Of a DNA stretch of 64,000 bases, positions 54,149 through 62,700 are shown one piece after another (positions within the stretch are counted from its first letter, which is position 1; every line of letters begins with the position of its first letter). The translations under genes and the position numbers were made by a program. The stretch is from Planctomycetota bacterium. Lineage in GTDB: Bacteria > Planctomycetota > SZUA-567 > H5-PLA8. The stretch spans positions 1 to 64,000 of the forward strand of contig JBBRPR010000036.1 in NCBI GenBank assembly GCA_038227875.1. The letters are read 5' to 3'. Under the pieces are notes generated by a model. It did not search any database and was not told the DNA's origin. It saw nothing but the letters and a program-made list of their open reading frames with translations.

Positions 54149-57100
54149 CTACTCCGTACGTTTCAATAGCGCTTCGATGCCTGGCTGGCTATGCGTCCAG
54201 CCGTAGGCGGGATTGCGGCACGGGGCGGCCAGAGCGTGAGCTTCGCGGCGGCGGCCCTTTCCTTCCAGCCAGAGCGCCAGAAACCAGCGCCATTCCGGAT
54301 GCCAGCGCGGACTCGGCCATAGTTCTCCCGGCACGGGCTCCCGCTCGCCGCAGAACATCAGCGCGAGATCGCGCGAAGCGCCGAAAAAATACTGTTCCAG
54401 CAGCGCGCGGTTTTCCGCCAGCGACGGGCGTTTGAGCAAGCCCAGGGAAGCCAGCAACATCTGAAGATGCAGGCGCGTTTGGGCGACGATGAAATCTTCG
54501 GGCTTATGTACATCCGTGAGAAAGCCGGCCGCGCGCTCGAAGTCGCCACTAATCAATGCGCGCAGCGCGCGGAAGACCTGGATGTGGCCGTCGTTTTCCT
54601 TCAGCATTCCAAATCTGGCCACGAAGAGTTCGAATAATTCCTCCTGCCCGCTGTCGGCCAGTGCGTAGCCGTGGCGCCAGCAGTTTTCACTAAACGCAAT
54701 GTCTGTCGCCTTGAGGCTCAGCGCCGTCTGGCGTTTGGCGCCGTCCAGATTGCGGCGAGCGAGTTCCAGGATCGCGCGCCCCATTTTGATGTTCTGTGTC
54801 CAATCCTCAGGGCGCGCCAGCCATTCGCCGATCAAGTTTTTGTGAACGAGATAATGCAGTGCCACACCGGAGTGACAATCGTTCAACCCTACGGTGCCTT
54901 CCCTGCTGATCGAGTCTGGAAAGTGCTCCATTCGGTTCGTGGCCAGAGCCAGCGGGATAAGCGGAGCGGTGACTTGATGTATGGCCATCTGCTGTTCAAA
55001 TAACTTGCCGCGGAAGTCGAGAAGGAAATCCAACGCCTCATTCCAGCGGCCCAGCCAGCACAGGTAGTTGACTGTGCGACTGGCGCAGGAGAGCTGGCTT
55101 TGAGCGGGCGGGCGGATGTGCTCGGCACCCAGCCGGTTGATCGCCATGATCGATTCGAGTGCATGGGTCCGGGTGTTGGGCGTGGCGGAGACCCAGCTGA
55201 ATTGCCGCGCGGCATCGAAGATGCGCACGCGCGCCTGGCTTTCCGGAAAACGCTGAAACAAATCGCGAAAGGTGTTCAGTGTACGTTCGAGACTGGTTTC
55301 ATTCTTCGCTCTCATTTCATAGATCGCACGTTCGGCCAGCGCGAAGGGTTCGAAAATCGTCCCCTTTGTTTTCTGGAGAGTTTCAAAGGCCTCTTCGTCG
55401 CGGTTCATTTCGGCCAGGCACATGCCGGCCTTCAGCTGCGCTTCGGCGCCTTGCGCGCCGTCGGGACTTTGAGCTGCAATTTCCCGGTAGCAATCCAGGG
55501 CTGTGCCAAAGTGTCCGGCCGAATAATTTCGATCGGCCGCGCGCATCGCTGGAATCTGCTTGCTCCAGTTCTGGCTCTGGACTTCCAACGGCTTGAAATG
55601 GGTGCGCGCCGTGAAGCTGTAGAATCCCAGGTGCGCGCCGCTGAACGGAAACAATTCACGGAACGTGAGCACGCGTTTGCCATTTATGGCGCAATGGAGC
55701 AGGCCGTCGGCGTCCTGGTATTCAATCTCAATCCGGTAGCGCCGACCCGGCTCGATCGTCATGCCGGCTTTCACCACAACGTCGTTGTCATGACGGGCGA
55801 TTTTGAAGACTGTGTTGTATTCGGCTCCCACCTGAAAAAAGTAGCCCCAATAGCGATTGACACCCGGCACCGTGGCGGGCTGACAATGGCCAATGATCGA
55901 CAACTCGGAATTGGGCAGTTCCGCCCAGGCTTCACAACTGAAGCGGAACGAACCCGGCACGGGAACTTTCCATTTCAAAATTCCTTCATTGGATTCCTGT
56001 GAGACCCAGTTGTCGCCTTCGATCCTCCACGAACCGAATTGCGCGGCCCATTCGTCTTCGCGAAGCGGATGTGCGTCCGGGCCGAATCGCGTCGTGGTCC
56101 AATCTGTTTCGCCGCGCAGAAACTTTCCCAGCCGCTCCGCAAACCGTTCGGCGTTCGGCCGCTGAGCGGGATCGATCGCGAGCGCTTCACCACTCAGCGC
56201 TGAGAGCTGCGAATCGATGCCGCTTTCCGGCTTGAGCGCATCGGGCGGCGTGAAACTGCCTGTGAGCAGCGCGTCAACGCTTTCGCTTGTGGAGGCGCGC
56301 TGGAATGGCAGCGCGTCGGTGAGCAGATAATAGAGCAGCGTCCCGAGCGCAAAAACATCGCAGGCCGGCCCGATCTTGTCCTTTCCGCGGACCATTTCCG
56401 GCGCAATAAAAGACGTCGAGCCGACCAGTTTGACGCCTTGAGAATCGCTGGCCCGCCCGCTCTCATGACTACCGGTGGACCAGTCGATCACAGTTACTTC
56501 GCCGTACCTTCCGACCAGGATGTTTCCGGGCGTCAGGTCCAGATGCAGTACGTTCTGCATGTGCGCGTACGCCACTGTTTCACTGACGCGCTGCAGAATC
56601 TCCAGCAGGCGGCCGGGCGTGAAGGTATGCAGCGTTTCCATATCGCCTTTGCGCCGCGCGTCGACGATTTGCTGAAGCGTGCGGCCATCCAGTGGCTTCA
56701 TGGTGTAGTAGCGGCGGCTGTCCTGATCGCGGCCGATGTTGAAGATGGGCACGATTCCAGGGTGATTGAGGCCGGCCGTAACCTTCGCTTCCCGTTCGAA
56801 GGCCTGCGATTGTTCGAAGGACTGATGTGCCGTCAGCGGCCGTTTCAAGGCCACATCGCGGTCCAGGCCCGGCTGCGTGACCAGCAGCACTTCGCCCATG
56901 CTGCCCACGCCCAACCGGCGTTTGACGATGTGTCCGTCGACCATCTCGACGGCGCCGGGCTTTAATGCGCTCGGGGGAACATCCGTCTCTCCCGCCGGAC
57001 TGACCGTGCCCAGCAGCCGCACCGCGCGCTCGGCCGAAACCGCGTCGGAATCGGCTCGGTCTCCGGGTTTGGCGGACGAGGGAAGCACGCGATTGCGTCC

Positions 57101-58027
57101 GCCTTCCTTGGCGGCGTACAGCGCTGTGTCAGCGCGGAGAAACAGTGGCTGCGCCGAAAACGCGTTGAGCGGAAAGCTGGCCAGCCCGATCGTTGCAGTG
57201 ACCTTCAGGCCCTGCGGAAGTGGAATCGCCTCGACTTTTTCGCGAACTTTCTCGGCCACCTTTAAACCGTCTTCGGCGTTGGTGTCGAGCAACAGGATTT
57301 CAAATTCGTCGCCGCCAAACCGTGCGAGAATATCGGTGCTGCGAAAGGTGGCGCGCAGGATTGACGCGACCTGCAGCAGGCACTGATTGCCCGCTTCATG
57401 TCCGCAGGTATCGTTGAGCGCCTTGAAATGATCGAGGTCCATCAGGAGCAGCGAAAGCGGCTCCTCATTCCGAATCGCGCGGCGCACGGCCTGGTCAACT
57501 TCCTGGCGAAAATGGCGGTGGCAGAAAAGTCCCGTGAGCGGATCGGTGATCGCCGATTGATAGAGGAGGGTGTGTTCCAGCGATGCGGCGGCTTGCGACG
57601 CGAGCATCTCGAAGAATTGCTGATCCTTGTCGCTAATCTTCCGCGATTGCTGTGTCGTGAGAAGTTGCAGCGCTCCAAGAATTTCCCGGCTGGCGGTGAG
57701 CGGTGCGCAGAGCATTGTGGCGGGCTTGCCGTCGATCGTTCTCTGCACGAAGACAGGCCGTCCGCTGTGAATTACGCTTTGCGCGACTTCCAACATCAAG
57801 GACTCGGTGGCGGCATTCATCGGCTCGGACGATGCCGGCCAGTGCCCACGCGGGATAAGGTCGCTGTTTTCGAGTAAAAATGCTGAGGCCTGATCGAAGC
57901 CGAGAAGATCGTGGGCGGTGCGGCAGACATCGGTGAGAAGCTGTTGTACGTCGTATTGTATCTGCCAGCCGCGACTGGCCTTAAGAAGTTCGGCCCAGCT
58001 ATTCTCGTAGAACGCTGCATCAGACAT
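54149..58027 (-). CDS. GAF-GGDEF diguanylate cyclase fused to a PknD-like Ser/Thr kinase, ConA-like domain and TPRs
   Basis: GAF (LCAPL...ILGAL...LASQAA); TDPLTGL, DLDHFKALNDTCGHEAGN, RSTD-ILARF-GGDEF; kinase LGVGSMGEV, VALK, HPGIVPI, YYTMK, HLDLTPGN, VIDWS, FIAPE, DVFALG; beta-sandwich; TPR ALDCYREIAAQSP...AEAQLKAG. Confidence 0.9.
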   Translation of the reverse strand: MSDAAFYENSWAELLKASRGWQIQYDVQQLLTDVCRTAHDLLGFDQASAFLLENSDLIPRGHWPASSEPMNAATESLMLEVAQSVIHSGRPVFVQRTIDGKPATMLCAPLTASREILGALQLLTTQQSRKISDKDQQFFEMLASQAAASLEHTLLYQSAITDPLTGLFCHRHFRQEVDQAVRRAIRNEEPLSLLLMDLDHFKALNDTCGHEAGNQCLLQVASILRATFRSTDILARFGGDEFEILLLDTNAEDGLKVAEKVREKVEAIPLPQGLKVTATIGLASFPLNAFSAQPLFLRADTALYAAKEGGRNRVLPSSAKPGDRADSDAVSAERAVRLLGTVSPAGETDVPPSALKPGAVEMVDGHIVKRRLGVGSMGEVLLVTQPGLDRDVALKRPLTAHQSFEQSQAFEREAKVTAGLNHPGIVPIFNIGRDQDSRRYYTMKPLDGRTLQQIVDARRKGDMETLHTFTPGRLLEILQRVSETVAYAHMQNVLHLDLTPGNILVGRYGEVTVIDWSTGSHESGRASDSQGVKLVGSTSFIAPEMVRGKDKIGPACDVFALGTLLYYLLTDALPFQRASTSESVDALLTGSFTPPDALKPESGIDSQLSALSGEALAIDPAQRPNAERFAERLGKFLRGETDWTTTRFGPDAHPLREDEWAAQFGSWRIEGDNWVSQESNEGILKWKVPVPGSFRFSCEAWAELPNSELSIIGHCQPATVPGVNRYWGYFFQVGAEYNTVFKIARHDNDVVVKAGMTIEPGRRYRIEIEYQDADGLLHCAINGKRVLTFRELFPFSGAHLGFYSFTARTHFKPLEVQSQNWSKQIPAMRAADRNYSAGHFGTALDCYREIAAQSPDGAQGAEAQLKAGMCLAEMNRDEEAFETLQKTKGTIFEPFALAERAIYEMRAKNETSLERTLNTFRDLFQRFPESQARVRIFDAARQFSWVSATPNTRTHALESIMAINRLGAEHIRPPAQSQLSCASRTVNYLCWLGRWNEALDFLLDFRGKLFEQQMAIHQVTAPLIPLALATNRMEHFPDSISREGTVGLNDCHSGVALHYLVHKNLIGEWLARPEDWTQNIKMGRAILELARRNLDGAKRQTALSLKATDIAFSENCWRHGYALADSGQEELFELFVARFGMLKENDGHIQVFRALRALISGDFERAAGFLTDVHKPEDFIVAQTRLHLQMLLASLGLLKRPSLAENRALLEQYFFGASRDLALMFCGEREPVPGELWPSPRWHPEWRWFLALWLEGKGRRREAHALAAPCRNPAYGWTHSQPGIEALLKRTE

Positions 58028-58183
58028 GGGCTAAGTATAGGAGAGTGCGACGCGTTTGGAAATAGCGGTCTCGGTTCAAAGCACACCGTTTTGGCTAAAT
58101 TGGGGGAGGCACGCCGGTTATGAGCCAAAGCCTCTCGTTAAAACCGCTAGAAAATCCAGCGCCTTCGCCTACGCTCTTTGCCT

Positions 58184-58669
58184 ATGAAGAAACTCGGTAT
58201 TCTGGCCGATACCCATGACCATCTGGACCGCATCCGTTTGGCGGTGCTGCTGTTGAAGAAAAACGGTGCGGAAGGGCTGTTGCACCTCGGCGATTTCGTG
58301 GCGCCGTTTGCATTGAAGGAAGTGCTGAAGTTCGAGGGGCCGATTTATCTCATCTACGGCAACAACGACGGTGAGAAAAAGGGCCTGAAGAAGCTTTTTC
58401 CTGAGATTAAAGACGGCCCGCACGTCTTTGAAATCGGTGGCCGGAAACTGGGCGTGGCCCATTCGGTCGAAGAAATTCCCGCGGATTACCGGACCACGTG
58501 CGACGGCGTCTTCTACGGACATTCGCACACCCGCGTGCACAAACCGAAGGCCGACGGACAAGCGCTGGAACTGAATCCCGGCGAATGCTGCGGCTGGCTG
58601 ACGGGAAAACCCAGCTACGCGATGCTGGATCTGGAAACAATGCAGGCCGAGATTCTGGAGCTGTCATGA
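58184..58669 (+). CDS. Metallophosphoesterase (YfcE/MJ0936 family)
   Basis: GILADTHD, LHLGDFVAP, GNNDG, VAH, YGHSH, LNPGECCG. Confidence 0.92.
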   Translation: MKKLGILADTHDHLDRIRLAVLLLKKNGAEGLLHLGDFVAPFALKEVLKFEGPIYLIYGNNDGEKKGLKKLFPEIKDGPHVFEIGGRKLGVAHSVEEIPADYRTTCDGVFYGHSHTRVHKPKADGQALELNPGECCGWLTGKPSYAMLDLETMQAEILELS

Positions 58670-59586
58670 GACTGGTATCCGTGTGTGGAATGAGCGCGAT
58701 GGCGCTGCTGCTTCTGGTCACCACCGGCTGCACCAGCCGCGGCATCACCGTGACCAGCGAACCGCCGGGCGGGGAGCTGTCGATCAACCGCCGCGTCGTC
58801 GGCGACACGCCCATCCGCGTGGGCTTCACACATTACGGCACGTACCGCATCGAAATTCGCAAGTATGGCTACAAGGTCCTGGTGCGTGAAGAGAAGATCA
58901 GCCCGCCGGTCTACGGTTACGATCCCGTCGCCGCCGTCGCCGACAATTTCATTCCTGCCCGGTTGAATGACGAAGTCTATCTCCACTACGTTCTCAAGCC
59001 GCTCGACGCCGTCGACGAGAAGGACGGCGACAAGAAAGCCGACGACGACAAATCGCCGGACGCGAAAACCGCGAAGGCGCCCAAGAGCGACGCCGACCTG
59101 CTGGCCGAACGCAGCGCCCGTGAGCAGGCGCAGAAGTCATCGCTGCTCGAACGTGCCGTCGCCGCGCGCACCGGCCAGATCACGCATCCCAAGACGCACG
59201 AACAGATCCAGGTCGCCGTCGGCAGCGCCGCGCCGACCAAGGCTAAAAAGCCGATCGACTCCGATCAGCCCGTGACCATCGCCGACACGTACACTGTGAT
59301 CGGGCCGTCGCTGACGCCCATGCTCGACCTGCCCCCGGAACTCGGCAGCGTCGCGCCGATCAACGCCACCGCGCCGCAGGGAGCGGAACTGGCGAAGGAA
59401 TACGGCTTCGGCCCGACCAATCCGCAACCGCCCGCAGCCGCGCTGGAGAAGTCGAAGTCTGGCGAATTCGCCAAACCTGAAGAGAAGAAGCCCGTCACCC
59501 CCGTCCCTGTCGTCCGCACGCCGAAGGACGAAGAGCTGATCTACGACAAAGCCGCGCCCAAGGACCCGGAAGAGAAGAAGAAGTAA
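58666..59586 (+). CDS. PEGA-domain lipoprotein
   Basis: Lipobox-like VTTGC; ITVTSEPPGGELSIN...GDTPI....HYGTYRIEIRKYGY; ATGA overlap with the upstream gene (the track's start at 58498 is too long). Confidence 0.85.
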   Translation: MRLVSVCGMSAMALLLLVTTGCTSRGITVTSEPPGGELSINRRVVGDTPIRVGFTHYGTYRIEIRKYGYKVLVREEKISPPVYGYDPVAAVADNFIPARLNDEVYLHYVLKPLDAVDEKDGDKKADDDKSPDAKTAKAPKSDADLLAERSAREQAQKSSLLERAVAARTGQITHPKTHEQIQVAVGSAAPTKAKKPIDSDQPVTIADTYTVIGPSLTPMLDLPPELGSVAPINATAPQGAELAKEYGFGPTNPQPPAAALEKSKSGEFAKPEEKKPVTPVPVVRTPKDEELIYDKAAPKDPEEKKK

Positions 59587-59612
59587 CGAGGAGACACGTT
59601 CGACACGCTCCG

Positions 59613-59645
59613 AAAAAAGCCCCGGCGATTTGCCGGGGCTTTTTT
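59613..59645. terminator. Intrinsic terminator (bidirectional form)
   Basis: AAAAAAGCCCCGGC-GATTT-GCCGGGGCTTTTTT, about 26 bp after the PEGA stop. Confidence 0.88.
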
Positions 59646-59738
59646 ATTTCTCGTTGAATCGAGCGGCGAACGCGCCAGACTGAACGAGGTGCCGACTGCC
59701 CGTTCCACCTCGGCCATGCGCGCGAATTGCAGGTCACC

Positions 59739-62700
59739 ATGCCGCTCTCCAACTTCCATCCCGCTGTCCAAGCCTGGTTCAAAGCGCACTTCAAAGCGCC
59801 GTCGCCGCCGCAGGCGGAAGGCTGGCCGCTGATCCAATCGGGGCGCGACACGCTGATCTGCGCGCCGACCGGCAGCGGTAAAACGCTGACGGCATTTATG
59901 GCTTGCCTCGACGCGCTTTTCCGCCAGGGCTTTGACGGGACGCTGCGCGACGAGACGCAGATCGTCTACGTCTCGCCGCTCAAGGCACTCTCCAACGACA
60001 TCCAGAAAAATCTCCGCGAACCGCTCGAAGGCATCGCCGCCACTGCCGCCGAAATGGGCCTGCTCCCGCCGCAGATCCGCGTCCGCGTGCGCACTGGCGA
60101 CACCACGCAGGCCGAACGCGCCGCGATGGTCAAACGCGCGCCGCACATTCTGGTCACCACGCCGGAGTCGTTGTTCATCCTGCTGACTGCGCGGCGCACG
60201 CGCGAGATGTTGCGCAGCGTCCACACCGTGATCGTCGACGAAATCCACGCCGTCGCCCGCGACAAGCGCGGCGCGCATCTCAGCCTCAGCCTCGAGCGCC
60301 TCGACGCGCTGGTCAAAACCGCGCCGCCGGATTCGCTGCTCGGCGCCGATCCGACGCGGAAAGTTCAGCGCATCGGCCTGTCCGCGACGCAGCGGCCGGT
60401 GGAGCTCGTCGCGGATTTTCTGATCGGCGACCGCGGGCAGGCGCGACGGGAGGACTGTCCGGCGGCGTCGCCGGACGGACGCCCCACCACCCAGGACCTC
60501 TGCGCCATCGTCAACCTCGGCCATCTCCGCAAAATCGAACTGTCGCTGGAGATCCCCGGCACGCCGCTGGAGGCGGTCTGCTCGCACGAAACATGGGGCG
60601 AAGTTTACGAACGCATCACGGCGCTGATCGCGCAGAACCGGACCACGCTGATCTTCGTCAACACGCGCCGCCTCTGCGAACGCCTCGCCGCGGAACTCTC
60701 CAAGCGCCTGGGCGAAGACAAGGTCACCTCGCACCACGGCAGCCTCTCGCGCCAGCAGCGCTTCAACGCGGAAGCGCGGCTGAAGTCCGGCGAACTTAAA
60801 GCGCTCGTTGCCACCGCCTCGCTGGAACTGGGCATCGACATCGGCACCGTCGATCTCGTCTGCCAGATCGGCGTGACCTCGGCGATCGGCACGATGCTGC
60901 AGCGTGCCGGACGTTCCGGCCACAGTCTCACCGGAATATCGCGCGCCAAAATCTTCGTGCTCACGCGCGAGGAACTGATGACCGGCGCGGCGCTGCTGAG
61001 CTCCATCAAGCGCGGCCATCTCGACCGGCTCGAAATTCCACTCCAGCCGCGCGACATCCTCGCCCAGCAGATCGTCGCGGCCTCCGCCGATGAAGAATGG
61101 AAAGAGGACGACCTTTACGCGCTGGCGAAGCGCTCGTGGAACTACCGCGACCTGGAGCGCGACGAATTCGACCGCATCGTCGGCATGCTGGCCGAAGGCT
61201 TCTCGCGACGGCGCGGTCACAACGCGGCGCTGATCCGCTACGATGGCGTCAATCACCTGATCTCCGCCCGGCGCGGGGCGCGGTTGGCGGCGATCACCAG
61301 CGGCGGCGCGATTCCCGATACCGGCGATTACCTCGTCGTCCAGGAACCGCAGGGCATCACCGTCGGTACGCTGAACGAAGATTTCGCTGTCGAAAGCGTA
61401 CCCGGTGACATTTTTCAGCTCGGTAACACCTCGTGGAAGATTCTGAAAGTCGAACCCGGCCGCGTCCGCGTCGAAGACGCGCACGGGCAGCCGCCGTCCG
61501 TGCCGTTCTGGCTCGGCGAAGCGCCGGCGCGGACCAACGAGCTCTCCGAAGAGGTCTCGCGGTTACGCGTGAGGATCGAAGAGCTTCTTAATCTCTCGCA
61601 AAGACGCAAAGACGCAAAGAACGGCAACGACGGGGAGGGTGGGGACTTAGAGGCCGCGACTCTTTGGGTTATGGAAGAGGCTGGCATTGAACGGGCTGCG
61701 GCTGAGCAGCTTGTGCAGTATCTGGCGAGTTCGCTCAAAATTCTCGGCGCGGTTCCGACGATTGATACGCTGATTCTCGAACGCTTCTTTGATGAGAGCG
61801 GCGGGATGCAATTGGTGCTGCATACGCCGTTCGGGCGGCGCATCAATTGGGCGTGGGGGTTGGCGCTGCGCAAGCGGTTCTGCCGCGGCTTTAACTTTGA
61901 GCTTCAGGCAGCAGCGTCCGAAAATGCATTGCTGCTCTCACTCGGACCGCAGCACAGTTTTCCGCTCGCGGACGTGTTCAATTTTCTGAATTCGGAGACC
62001 GTCGAAGACCTGTTGATCCAGGCCATGCTCGTCGCGCCGGTCTTTCAGTCGCGTTGGCGCTGGGATGCCTGTCGCGCGCTGGCGTTGCTGCGCTTCAGCG
62101 GTGGCAAAAAAGTGCCGCCCGCGCTGATGCGCATGCGCTCCGATGATCTCATGGCCGCGGTTTTTCCGCACGCGGCGGCCTGTCCGGAAAATCTCGAAGG
62201 CGACGTCGAAATCCCCGACCATCCGCTTGTGAAAGAAGTGATCTACGACTGCCTGCACGAGGCCATGGACATCGACGGACTGCGCGCGGTCCTCTCGCGC
62301 ATCCGCGAAGGAAAGATCCGCTGCGTCGCGCGCGACACCACCGAGCCCTCGTTGCTGGCGCATGAAATTCTGACCGGCAAGCCCTACACATTTCTCGACG
62401 ACGCCCCGCTGGAAGAGCGCCGCACGCAGGCCGTCTTCATGCGCCGCGGCATGGAACGCAGCGACGACGCTGCGCTCGGCGCGCTCGACCCCAGCGCCAT
62501 CGCCGCCGTCCGCGAAGAAGCCTGGCCCGATCCGCAGGACGCCAACGAGATGCACGACACGCTGATGCTCCACGGTTACGTCCGCGACGCCGAAGCGCGC
62601 ACGTGGATGCCGCTGCTGGAGAAGCTGGTCGAGACAGGTCGCGCGCGGCCGTTCAACGATCTGTGGATCGCGACCGAACGTATCCCCTTGTTCGAAGCGG

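Noticed and set aside
59541..61484. 647-aa minus-strand ORF, and 61938..63281
   Set aside because: Antisense to lhr, which the track missed only because it has no stop inside the window.
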